Below are positions 1 to 10,079 of a DNA stretch of 64,000 nucleotides, piece by piece. Below the pieces are notes generated by a model that saw nothing but the letters and a program-made list of their open reading frames with translations, had not been told where the DNA came from and did no database searches. The DNA comes from Cyanophyceae cyanobacterium (GTDB lineage: Bacteria; Cyanobacteriota; Cyanobacteriia; Cyanobacteriales; Laspinemataceae), in NCBI GenBank assembly GCA_038321985.1, contig JBBQFN010000001.1, positions 160,001-224,000 of the forward strand, read 5' to 3'. The first letter of the stretch is position 1; every line of letters begins with the position of its first letter. Both the position numbers and the translations under genes were made by a program.

Positions 1-155
1 AATCCGCTCCCTGTCAAGGATCTGACTTCTATAACCAGAGACAGAGAACATCATTCTAATTAAGCCCGAAAACCGACCCCGCTTTTAAATGCTCGTTCGG
101 GTGACAGGTGTAAAAGAGTCAGATAAACCAGAAGAGCGATCGCCTCCACTCTGTT

Positions 156-1904
156 CTATAAGTCCTCCAACTCTTCTTGTAACGCCCGATAATGCTGATA
201 CTCCTGCCGGAGTCCGTGGATATACTCTTGCCATCCTGCGGTATCTTCGAGTAGGGATAAATAAATCTCTCGAATCTCCTGCACATACTCCGCAGCAGTC
301 TGATAATTCCTTCGGGTTTTCTTCTGAATCGACTGATCTACCAGTTGCTGGTACAGGGCGATCGCCTTCTGGGGACAATGTAGCTTTATCCCTTGGGCGA
401 TCGCCAATTGCACCGACGGGGAAAAATCCGGTTGCTGCGCCAGGGCGATCGCCCCCTCCCAGTCTTTCTGATCTAGGTAGATTTGGGCTAGAACATCCAC
501 TTCATCCCGTGCGAACATCCGAATCTGCTGTTGGCAATGTTCCCAGCAATTTAGCTTCAAAGCAACAGGCTTGAGGTCCTGATAAAATTGTATCGACAGT
601 CCATTGATTCGCAACCCGAGCATCATCAGGTGATACAGATTTTTCGTATCCTCCTGTTCGGAATAATATTCCGCCAGATCTCCTAAAATTAAAGTTATAT
701 CATTACCAGAGCGATTGTATAAAATATTCCATGCCTCAACATTATCCTGCTCTGGCGGAGTACAATCGACGATCCACCGTTCTAAAATAGCAATTGAGCG
801 GCGCAGATCTCCTTTTTCCTCCCGCCAATGCTCTGCCAGGTTCAGATAATCAGAAGGTTCTTTCAGATTCTCCTCACACAGCCGGAGATAGTTCTCTTCA
901 TCTCCCAATATGGAGTAAGCCTCTGCCACCCAATCGATACTATTTTCCAGACTCGCGCTTTGCAGAGTGGCGATCGCATACCGGAGGTCTTCCTCAGTCG
1001 TACAGAGGGTATCCAACCCTACTTTAAGCGCCATGTCCAGTTCCTCATTCAGGAACATCGGCCAATCAAAAGCAGCAATCAGAGAATTGAGATAAACTTG
1101 CTTTTGGGGCATTTTAAGGTCTAAATCCATCACAGTTTCGGCAAATAACCCAACCGCTTCAGCAATGTCAGCAGTTCCCGCTAAAGTACCAGTCTTGCTA
1201 AATATAAGATTACCGTAAGTGACGATATACCACAACACATCAAGCTGTTCCTCCAGCTTCAGATAATTGAGTTGATTAAACACACAGTTTAAGTTCGGGT
1301 ACGCAGGTGCATCGTGATAACCAAAATCATAATCGATATGCCCTTCCTCGATCGCCTCCTTTTGGCTGTCCCTGAAAAAGTCCTGAACTTGCTTTTTCAA
1401 CTCCGAAACAGTCATTTTCTTGGACCTAGGAAATTGAATCACATTGTTCGGTAGGGTTTTTTTCCCTTGTACCCGAGCAAATTCCTTTTCCAATTGCGCC
1501 GCTAACCCCACTAAATCTCGAAAATCCAACTGTCCCGTCAACAACTGTTCTAAAGCATGGACAGGAAGGGGAATGACTTGCTCCTGTGCCGTTGATTCCG
1601 GATAATAATCCTCCTCCTCTGCCTCCGGATCCCCCAACAGAGAATACAGCAACACCGCTACAATATGCTCACAGACTTCGCCCTCATAAGCACAAGTACA
1701 GTCTGTTGTTAAATTGCCCCAACCCGTGCGAATTTCCACCGAGTATTTGCCGGGTTTTCCCTCCACCTGTGCCTTAATCCCTTTTCCCGACATGAAAAAC
1801 GGATCAACCGCCCCCCTGTGATAGCAAACTTGACCTTTTTGAAAAATAGCCGGATTATCTGCCACTTCTGCAATTTCTTCTACCGTCAAATCGTTTAAAT
1901 TCAT
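156..1904 (-). CDS. SWIM zinc-finger domain protein
   Basis: 582-aa ORF. N-terminal CTC-x6-CEH (CxC..CxH) SWIM motif, followed by a helical C-terminal region. Confidence 0.8.
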   Translation of the reverse strand: MNLNDLTVEEIAEVADNPAIFQKGQVCYHRGAVDPFFMSGKGIKAQVEGKPGKYSVEIRTGWGNLTTDCTCAYEGEVCEHIVAVLLYSLLGDPEAEEEDYYPESTAQEQVIPLPVHALEQLLTGQLDFRDLVGLAAQLEKEFARVQGKKTLPNNVIQFPRSKKMTVSELKKQVQDFFRDSQKEAIEEGHIDYDFGYHDAPAYPNLNCVFNQLNYLKLEEQLDVLWYIVTYGNLIFSKTGTLAGTADIAEAVGLFAETVMDLDLKMPQKQVYLNSLIAAFDWPMFLNEELDMALKVGLDTLCTTEEDLRYAIATLQSASLENSIDWVAEAYSILGDEENYLRLCEENLKEPSDYLNLAEHWREEKGDLRRSIAILERWIVDCTPPEQDNVEAWNILYNRSGNDITLILGDLAEYYSEQEDTKNLYHLMMLGLRINGLSIQFYQDLKPVALKLNCWEHCQQQIRMFARDEVDVLAQIYLDQKDWEGAIALAQQPDFSPSVQLAIAQGIKLHCPQKAIALYQQLVDQSIQKKTRRNYQTAAEYVQEIREIYLSLLEDTAGWQEYIHGLRQEYQHYRALQEELEDL

Positions 1905-2297
1905 AAGTAGTTGCTTCTAATATCAGGGAATTTACAACTCAGATCCTAGCGTAGAAAAACCCTAGGCGATCGCCTTTTGGAACCGTTGTCAAGGATGGCA
2001 TATCCGAAAGGGCGATTCCTCTGCCAATTGGACTGCGATCGCCCCTATTCCTCATGTTCCCATTTCTGGTTTTTCTCCTCTACCCTGGGGCGATCGGCAC
2101 CTGGCGGGTCACCCGTTGCTCAAACTGGTACTGCTGCACCGGCATCTCCTTGTCATAACGAATATGCCAGAATGACACTGCATAGGTGAGAGCAACTCCT
2201 GCACCCGCATGAATCAACCTGATCGCAATCAGCGCACTTGATCGCCAGTTACCTGACTCAGGTATAATAGCACCATCGATTAATAATTAATGAGAAG

Positions 2298-3374
2298 ATG
2301 CAGTCAACCCATCCTTCCTTGACGAGCAATCGCGAATTTATTCCGTGGTTACAACAACAACAAATTAGCCTAGGGTTTACCACCTATCAAACTAATTGGT
2401 TAGCCTTGTTGGGAGTTAATCTCGAAACTGGGGGCATTTCTGCACATCAACGCCAATTTAATCGGGCGATGGGTTTGTATTGTACTCCTGAAAGGCTTTA
2501 TTTGAGTTCCAAATATCAGATATGGCAGTTAGATAATGTGTTGCAACCGGGGCAATTGTATCAAGGCTCTGATAAACTCTTTATTCCCCGAATTGCCTAT
2601 ACTACTGGGGATATTGATGTGCATGATGTGGCGGTAAATAAAACAGGTGAACCCATTTTTATCAGTACCTTATTAAATTGTGTAGCGACAGTGAGCAGTC
2701 GCCATAGTTGTAAACCGCTATGGAAACCGCCATTTATTTCTAAAATTATTAACGAAGACCGCTGCCATTTGAATGGGTTGGCAATGGTGGATGGACAACC
2801 GGGTTATGTAACGGCTTGCAGTGGGTCAGATGTAGTCGATGGATGGCGCGATCGCCGACGAGAAGGGGGTCGAGTTATCGATATTAACAGTAATGAAATT
2901 ATCATCACTGGCTTAAGTATGCCTCATTCCCCCAGATTTTATCAAGGGAACCTATGGCTCTTAAATTCTGGGGCAGGAGAGTTTGGCTATGTGGATTTAG
3001 GGTCAGGAAAATTTGAATCCGTGACGTTTTGTCCCGGATATGCCCGAGGGTTAGCATTTTGGCAAGATTATGCTATTGTCGGACTGTCTAAACCCCGTTC
3101 TGGGGATGGGACATTTTCGGGTTTATTATTAGAGGACCGTTTAACCGAAAAAGATGCTGATGCCCGTTGTGGGTTACTGATTATTAATTTAAAAACGGGG
3201 ACAGTTCTTCATTGGATCCGCATCGAAGGAACGATTACGGAATTATATGATGTGGGGGTGTTGCCGGAGACACAAAGACCGATGGCTTTGGGCTTCCAAA
3301 CTGAGGAAATTGAGCAGTTAATTACTCTGGAACCTCTGAGTGATATTACGGGAATTAGTGGAGAGAAAAAATAA
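2298..3374 (+). CDS. TIGR03032 / DUF4915 family protein
   Basis: Motifs TTYQ, TGDIDVHD, WKPPFIS, EDRCHLNGLAM, GLSMPHSPR and FCPGYARGL. Confidence 0.85.
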   Translation: MQSTHPSLTSNREFIPWLQQQQISLGFTTYQTNWLALLGVNLETGGISAHQRQFNRAMGLYCTPERLYLSSKYQIWQLDNVLQPGQLYQGSDKLFIPRIAYTTGDIDVHDVAVNKTGEPIFISTLLNCVATVSSRHSCKPLWKPPFISKIINEDRCHLNGLAMVDGQPGYVTACSGSDVVDGWRDRRREGGRVIDINSNEIIITGLSMPHSPRFYQGNLWLLNSGAGEFGYVDLGSGKFESVTFCPGYARGLAFWQDYAIVGLSKPRSGDGTFSGLLLEDRLTEKDADARCGLLIINLKTGTVLHWIRIEGTITELYDVGVLPETQRPMALGFQTEEIEQLITLEPLSDITGISGEKK

Positions 3375-3615
3375 AAGCGATCGCTTAGTAGCAGTCTCTA
3401 TAGAGGCGATGAACAAACAATTTCAAAAAAAATCCAAGAAAACCAGGATATAACCCAAAATCAACCTAAAAGTTTCTACTTTTTTATTCTTTTTAAAGTT
3501 ACTGCTGTTCTCGGATTTTAATTATTAGACTTCTTGCAAAATTATAAAAAGCTGATTGGCATTTTTAAGGGGGGTGGGGGGAGCAATCCGCTATTTTGCC
3601 AGAGGGCTATTCAAA

Positions 3616-6600
3616 TTACCACCGGGGGGATTGTTCGAGCAATTTTTGAGCAGCAACGCGATCCAAACCTTTAGAGAAAAAATACCCCTGTGCATAATCG
3701 CAATGCAGGGACCAAAGTTGAACCAAATGTTCCTCTTTTTCCACTCCTTCTGCGGTGACGTACATCCCCAGATTATGGGCCAGAGTGGCGATCGCCCGGA
3801 CGATTTCCGAACTTTCATTATCCCCTTCCATTCCTATCACAAAAGATTTGTCAATTTTTAACGTATTAATTGGAAACTGAGCCAGATGAGACAGGGAAGA
3901 ATAACCCGTCCCAAAATCATCAATGCATAAATGAATATGGCGCGATCGCAATTCTTCAAGTAACTCGGCGGCTTTAGCCGCATTTTCCATTAACACACTT
4001 TCGGTAATCTCTAACTTCAAACTGCTCGGATCAAGATGGGTTTCTTGTAAAATGCGATCGATGCGTGCCAGTAAATCCGGTTGTCCTAACTGTTGTCCTG
4101 ACAAATTAACGCTAATACTCAACAATTCTGCTGTCTGAAATTGCTGATGCCACTGTTGCATTTGTAAGCAAGCCTCCCGCAATACCCACTCCCCTAATGG
4201 CAAAATTAACCCCGTTTCTTCTGCAACGGGGATAAATTCCCCGGGAAAAACTAACCCCCGTTCCGGATGTTGCCAACGCACTAAGGCTTCAAACCCTGAT
4301 AACAAGCCGGTATCTAAATTAACGATAGGTTGATAGTGAAGCAGGAATTCTGGGCCTTCTAAATCGGGTTGAATGTCGTTTTTTTCTGGGGAAATAGGGG
4401 AATAGGGAATGAAAAATTGGGACTGAGTTTCGGGTGTTTGGAGGGGCAAGTCTCCATTTTTAAGAATAGAGCGCCGTAAATCATTCTCCAAACTTAATTG
4501 TGCCACAGCCTGTTCCAACATTTTACTATCAAATACTTCATGTCGGGCTTTGCCTAGGGCTTTGGCGCGATACATGGCAATATCCGCATCTCGCAGTAAA
4601 TCTTCAGGACGGTAATAGCCTAGAGTGCTGGGGGCAATGCCAATACTAGCGGAGGTAAAGACTTCGTAACCTTTGATATTAAAGGGAGAAATTAATTCAT
4701 TTTGAATTCGTTCCGCCAGGGCGATCGCGGCTTGAGTATCCGGGATATGTTCCACTAAAATCGTAAATTCATCCCCCCCAAACCGAGCTAGAATATCACC
4801 GCGTCCTACACAATTTTGCAGCCGTTTCGCGAAATCCACTAACAGACAATCCCCAATAAAATGTCCTAAACTGTCATTGACTACTTTAAATCGGTCTAAA
4901 TCTAAAAAAATGACTGCAAACTGATAATCAGGCTGCACTGTTGCCCGAGTTAAAGCCGAAGTGAGGCGGTTTAAGAAAAAGGCGCGGTTTGGTAACCCCG
5001 TAAGATTATCGTGCAGTGCTTCATGGCGTAATTTATCTTGAGCTTTCTGGCGATCGGTAATATCCATGACGTGAATATGCACAATCTTGAGGGAGTGAAT
5101 CGGGTGATACCACCAATAAAAAAGCCGATCTTGAACGAACCGTTCCACCTGCCATCCCGATTTTCCCTGTTGGAGGGAGTTGCGCACCAGTTCCCGATGA
5201 TTGATGGGTAAAAAGCCGGTTGCCAGTCCCAGGCGTAATTCTTCTAAAACTCGTTCGGTGGTGGGGTTGACGTAGACAATTTCCCCTTGAAAATCGCAGG
5301 CAAGGACGGGATTGGGGTTATATTTAGGAAAGGCAGCCAGACGGATATTTTCTTCTTCAGTCGCTTTGCGAGCGCTGATGTCGGTTTGGGAACCTGCCAT
5401 ACGGTAAGGGTTTCCCAGGCGATCGCGCACTGCCAGACCCCGAGAAAGCATCCAGCGGTACTGTCCCTGCACATCTAAAATCCGATGTTCACTTTTGAAG
5501 TGGGGGGTGACTCCAGCAAGATGATCGGCGATCGCCTGTTTAAGGGGGTTAATATCGTCCGGATGGACTCGGGTAAACCAGTCATCCGGACAGTAAACCA
5601 AGTTGGACTCACAGAAATTCTGCCCCCTTTCTACCCCTTCATACCCCAGCAGGGATTTCCAACGTGGGGAAAAATACACTGTATTCGTCGTTAAATTCCA
5701 ATCCCACAGCCCATCATTAGCCCCGGCTACGGCTAACGCATACCGTTCTTCGCTCTCACATAAAGCGCGTTCCCGTTTCTGACGATCAATCGCGGCGGCT
5801 AAAACATTGGCGATCGCCTGAAGGAAGTTCAAAGCCTCTACATCAAACTGTTGGAGTTCCGTACTATAAGCCGCCAATACGCCATAAGGTTCAGTTTGCC
5901 CATGAACCAGCACTGTAATTCCGCTGAGAATACCCCGTTTTAATAAAAAGGGCGAGGGAGTAAATCGGGTTTCCTTCTGTAAATTATCACATAAAATGGG
6001 TTCTTTTACCAACAAAGTATAGCCAGATTGAGATTCCCCATCCACCGCCATTGTCAAAACGCCGACTGCATCTTCACAACATCCCGCACCCGCTCTTAAT
6101 TCTAATCCCTGGCGATCGGGTAACAATTCCCACAAGCAACAACAATCGATATTCAGGGTTTGCAGGACTTCTTTCGCAGCTTCTTTAATCAGGCTCCTTA
6201 CCTCCATCCCCGCAAGCGCCCGCTGTCCTAATCCGGCAATCACCGCACTTTCGCGAGCGTGTGCGGCTAAAAGTCGTTCGGTACGCTTACGCTCTTGCAG
6301 TTCCCGTTCCAAGGATGCCATATTGGCTTGGAGTTGCTGTTCTAATTCATCCGCATGAATCAGAATTGGACGAGTGAGGGGGTATAGCAACAGGGCAATT
6401 AATCCGGTGCCAAAGGGTAATAAAGCAACCGTAATAGCAACAATAAGCAGGATCAGGCTTCCCTTTCCCGGAGTCGAGGAGAGTAGCAGCAGAATCACCC
6501 AATTGCTGTTGGGAATGGGGGCGATTGCCACTGCTTCTGAACTGGGGAGACTGTTGTTTAGGAATCGTATTCCCCCTTGCTGAGTCATTTCTGCATTAAG

Positions 6601-7359
6601 CAACGCCGCAATTCTGGTATTCGGTCCTAAGGGGAACAAGCCTGCTTCATTAGTATAAGCTAGGAACGGCAGCAGGCGATCGATGTGAGTATTGTTGACT
6701 CGTGCTAAAGCAATTTCTACGGATTGACCCTCTGGGGTAAACTTCTGTAAAAGTGTTTCAATTTCCGAAACGCTAAATAAGAATAAATCCGTTCCCAGGG
6801 ATGCTGGAGATTGTGAGTTAACTCGGGCTAGAGTAACCAGCAAATAAGACGAGTTGCCAACTAGCGCCGGCTGGAACGTGATTTTTTCGGGGGCCTTCTC
6901 CCTCAATTCGGGCCACAATTCCCTAGGAATCTCTGTGCCTAACTGGATCACCACCTCACCCTGGCGATCGAGCCTCATCAGTCCCGCTATTTCTGGAACT
7001 TGTTGGAGAGAATCTAGTAATACTGAGGGACTTAACGGCAACTCGGGGGTTACATCAACTCCCGGGGAGTTATATTTTAAACTGGGTACGGCGATTGGGT
7101 TTGTACTTGCCAGTTGTTCAGCGATTAGGGCAACCTGCCATAAATAGCGCTCTAGGGCTTGACTTTTCGTTCGTGCGTCTAAAAAGACCTGATGTTGCCG
7201 GTCCTGGTTAAAATGATGATAAAAAAAACCAATACTAACGATAGAAATGACTGCGCCGATGGATAGCATCCCCAATGCCATATAAACCACCAGCGATCGC
7301 CGTAACCGTCCTGATAGGTTGCCGTTTGCCACTGTTAATGCCCACCCTTGGAAAAGCAA
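3616..7359 (-). CDS. Membrane-anchored GAF/PAS diguanylate cyclase-phosphodiesterase (GGDEF-EAL)
   Basis: Two TM segments, GAF, PAS (NDGLWDWN), HDNLTGLPNR, intact GGDEF, GFEALVRW and IDDFGTGYSSL. Start uncertain; alternative ATG at 7281. Confidence 0.92.
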   Translation of the reverse strand: MLFQGWALTVANGNLSGRLRRSLVVYMALGMLSIGAVISIVSIGFFYHHFNQDRQHQVFLDARTKSQALERYLWQVALIAEQLASTNPIAVPSLKYNSPGVDVTPELPLSPSVLLDSLQQVPEIAGLMRLDRQGEVVIQLGTEIPRELWPELREKAPEKITFQPALVGNSSYLLVTLARVNSQSPASLGTDLFLFSVSEIETLLQKFTPEGQSVEIALARVNNTHIDRLLPFLAYTNEAGLFPLGPNTRIAALLNAEMTQQGGIRFLNNSLPSSEAVAIAPIPNSNWVILLLLSSTPGKGSLILLIVAITVALLPFGTGLIALLLYPLTRPILIHADELEQQLQANMASLERELQERKRTERLLAAHARESAVIAGLGQRALAGMEVRSLIKEAAKEVLQTLNIDCCCLWELLPDRQGLELRAGAGCCEDAVGVLTMAVDGESQSGYTLLVKEPILCDNLQKETRFTPSPFLLKRGILSGITVLVHGQTEPYGVLAAYSTELQQFDVEALNFLQAIANVLAAAIDRQKRERALCESEERYALAVAGANDGLWDWNLTTNTVYFSPRWKSLLGYEGVERGQNFCESNLVYCPDDWFTRVHPDDINPLKQAIADHLAGVTPHFKSEHRILDVQGQYRWMLSRGLAVRDRLGNPYRMAGSQTDISARKATEEENIRLAAFPKYNPNPVLACDFQGEIVYVNPTTERVLEELRLGLATGFLPINHRELVRNSLQQGKSGWQVERFVQDRLFYWWYHPIHSLKIVHIHVMDITDRQKAQDKLRHEALHDNLTGLPNRAFFLNRLTSALTRATVQPDYQFAVIFLDLDRFKVVNDSLGHFIGDCLLVDFAKRLQNCVGRGDILARFGGDEFTILVEHIPDTQAAIALAERIQNELISPFNIKGYEVFTSASIGIAPSTLGYYRPEDLLRDADIAMYRAKALGKARHEVFDSKMLEQAVAQLSLENDLRRSILKNGDLPLQTPETQSQFFIPYSPISPEKNDIQPDLEGPEFLLHYQPIVNLDTGLLSGFEALVRWQHPERGLVFPGEFIPVAEETGLILPLGEWVLREACLQMQQWHQQFQTAELLSISVNLSGQQLGQPDLLARIDRILQETHLDPSSLKLEITESVLMENAAKAAELLEELRSRHIHLCIDDFGTGYSSLSHLAQFPINTLKIDKSFVIGMEGDNESSEIVRAIATLAHNLGMYVTAEGVEKEEHLVQLWSLHCDYAQGYFFSKGLDRVAAQKLLEQSPRW

Positions 7360-7985
7360 GTCAATCTAAAGCCTCTTTCTCACGATAACCCTATCTATTC
7401 TATCTAGTAAACCATTTTTTCGGGCGTTTTTCTGTAAGATTTGGGATTTTCAAAGACCCCATTAAGGTAGTCCGACGCAGGGGAGAATACTCCAGACTCA
7501 AAAAGCCGCAACTCCTCTAGGAAAAATCACAGTTTGCCGTCAAAATCCCTAGGGTTATCCCTAGGAAAAAATAACTCTAGCCTACCGGATTGTAGTGACT
7601 ATTAAGAGTAATTATTGCTACCATTTCCTAGATTAATAGAGCCTTTTTCACAGGTAGGAGGTACACTTTTTCTTTTGGAGTGCGAGTAAGATGCTCGCTT
7701 GAGACAATAGCAAGTAAGATGTCGGGGCAGCACGCACAGGCTACGCAAATGCACTCCAAAGTCCATATCCTAACCATCGTATCTATAGCTTACCGGACTC
7801 GAAAACGTGATAGAGGCGATGAGCCTTTTCCCTTTTTTTCTTATCCCTGTGTGACTATATCAGCTTCGGTCAGTGTTGTAAACTCAAACCCCAGTTTAAC
7901 TCCCTCAGTCATTTTCTCATTTTAAATAAAACTGGAAAAGTTCAACATAAATTAAGGGAAAAATGAACAGAAAAGAACAAAATTA

Positions 7986-7999
7986 GTAGTAAAGACTAC
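7986..7999. promoter_or_regulatory. Candidate NtcA site GTA-N8-TAC
   Basis: GTAGTAAAGACTAC in the divergent intergenic region. No well-spaced -10 box seen. Confidence 0.3.
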
Positions 8000-8394
8000 A
8001 GCCCTTATCCCCCGTTTGTAGTCACCAGTTGCGGTAGTTATCCCCGCCCGATGTTTGTAATACCAAATGAATCCACCTCGACCAACCCACACCGCCTTCT
8101 CGTGCCGACGGCCCTGAGTTACGCGATCCTCCCGTCCTGCTATCTGTGATCAAGCCAGAAAAGGCCGCTATATCTGGTCTAACTCTAGGAAGGGTCAGGT
8201 TATCACCAGCCTAATTGACCTCTGGGGCAATGAGACTTGACCCCTTGGGACTTGCGGAAAACCCTGGTTATAAAATTTATTAGACTTCGGGCAACATTTA
8301 CCATACAATACAGGTTATGTCAACACCCTAGCGATGGAAGCATTCCCAGTCTACGCTGTAGAATACCGTTAAAAGAGAGGGGGAAAACTCACCG

Positions 8395-9975
8395 ATGCCA
8401 GACTACTATCAACTTGAAAAACGCTTATGGGACGCAGCGGATCAATTGCGTGCCAATTCCAAACTGAAACCGTCGGAATATTCTCTGCCTGTACTGGGTT
8501 TAATCTTCCTACGGTATGCTGACTATAACTTTAGCCAAGCCCTGGAGAGATATCGCACAAGCGATCGCCCGGTAGCGACAAGGGAACGGGTGTTATCGGT
8601 TCCCCCCCAGGCAAGGTTTGATTACCTGCTGAACCTACCAGCAGAGGCAAATATTGGGGAAGACATTAATAGTGCGATGCGGGCGATCGAAGTAGAAAAC
8701 CCCACGTTGAAAAATATCCTCCCCAAAACTTACCACCGTTTGGGGAATGATATTCTCCGGCAACTATTAAGGGATTTTCATACGATCGCCCTGGATATCG
8801 AAGGGGATGCCTTTGGGCGTATTTATGAATACTTCCTTAGCAATTTTGCCATGAATGAAGGACAAAAAGGCGGTGAATTTTTTACACCAACCTCTTTAGT
8901 TAAGCTAATTGTTGAAATTATCGAACCCTATCACGGTCGTATTTTTGACCCGGCTTGTGGCAGCGGGGGAATGTTCGTACAAAGTGCCTCCTTTATAGAA
9001 AAACTACAGAAAAATCCCAGCACTGAAATCGGGATTTATGGACAGGAAAAAATTGCCGATAACGTCCGGCTTTGTTTGATGAATCTTGCCATTCATGGAC
9101 TCTCAGGAGATATCCGCCAGAGTAACACCTACTACGAAGACATCCATAATTGTGTGGGCAAATTTGACTTTGTAATGGCAAACCCTCCTTTTAATGTAGA
9201 CAAAGTAGACAAAGAAAAAATCAAAGACAACCCCCGCTTTCCCTTGGGATTACCTCGGGTTGATAATGCCAACTATCTCTGGATTCAATTATTTTATAGC
9301 GCTTTAAATGCCAAGGGACGTGCTGGTTTTGTGATGGCAAATTCCGCCAGTGATGCTCGCGGAATGGAGTTAGAAATTCGCAAAAATCTGCTTCATGAAG
9401 GAGTTGTCGAGGCGATCGTTGCGGTAGGTTCTCACTTTTTCTATAGTGTGGGCTTACCCTGTACCCTCTGGTTTTTTGATCGCGACAAGGTGAATAATCC
9501 CCGTAAAGATAAAGTGCTCTTTATCGATGCCCGTCAATTCTATCAGCACGTTTACCGTTCTCACCGTCAATTTAGTGATAAACAAATTCAATTTTTAGGC
9601 AATATCGTCCGAATGTATCGGGGACAATCTGTTGAATCTGTCACAACTTTACCGGAACATACCCGCTACAATCCCTCGGTCCCCGCTTATGGGACTTTAC
9701 CGAATTGGGAGGAAACTTTCCCTAACAATATCTATCGGGATGTTCCAGGTTTGTGCCGCATCGCCCTGGTTTCAGAAATTGCAGAACAGTCCTATAGTTT
9801 GAATCCAGGGCGATATGTGGGAATTGCACCCAAACCGGAAGACGATTTTGATTTTGCTGAAAAGTTACAAGAACTGAATGATGAATTCGAGACTCTTACG
9901 ATTGAAGCCCGAGAATTAGAAGGGCGAATTTCTCAAACAGTCAATCGTTTATTAAAGGTAGAAGATAAGGAATGA
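8395..9975 (+). CDS. hsdM: Type I restriction-modification methyltransferase subunit M
   Basis: [10 protein letters not shown]-terminus, GEFFTP, SAM motif DPACGSGG, catalytic NPPF and C-terminal YSLNPGRYV. Confidence 0.95.
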   Translation: MPDYYQLEKRLWDAADQLRANSKLKPSEYSLPVLGLIFLRYADYNFSQALERYRTSDRPVATRERVLSVPPQARFDYLLNLPAEANIGEDINSAMRAIEVENPTLKNILPKTYHRLGNDILRQLLRDFHTIALDIEGDAFGRIYEYFLSNFAMNEGQKGGEFFTPTSLVKLIVEIIEPYHGRIFDPACGSGGMFVQSASFIEKLQKNPSTEIGIYGQEKIADNVRLCLMNLAIHGLSGDIRQSNTYYEDIHNCVGKFDFVMANPPFNVDKVDKEKIKDNPRFPLGLPRVDNANYLWIQLFYSALNAKGRAGFVMANSASDARGMELEIRKNLLHEGVVEAIVAVGSHFFYSVGLPCTLWFFDRDKVNNPRKDKVLFIDARQFYQHVYRSHRQFSDKQIQFLGNIVRMYRGQSVESVTTLPEHTRYNPSVPAYGTLPNWEETFPNNIYRDVPGLCRIALVSEIAEQSYSLNPGRYVGIAPKPEDDFDFAEKLQELNDEFETLTIEARELEGRISQTVNRLLKVEDKE

Positions 9976-10079
9976 AAACTCACAAAAATTTTGGACTTTT
10001 AAATTCCTCTTTTTTTATAGAGAACAGCAGACGGCTTACCTCTAAAGTTGGGTACTATACTTTTCAATTAAAACCGTGA
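9972..10079 (+). other. 35-codon mini-ORF overlapping the hsdM stop (ATGA) and the hsdS start (GTGA)
   Basis: Manual translation [35 protein letters not shown]. Translation not demonstrated. Confidence 0.35.

Noticed and set aside
7725..7830. CACGCACAGG..ACGCAAA resembling a c-di-GMP-I riboswitch near the GGDEF-EAL gene
   Set aside because: Lacks the GGCAAACC/GAAA-tetraloop P2 and receptor stem, and lies on the strand pointing away from that gene.
10010..10016. T7 tract as a phase-variation switch fusing the mini-ORF to hsdS
   Set aside because: The hsdS frame has a TAA at 10043 between the tract and the GTG start, so slippage cannot fuse them.
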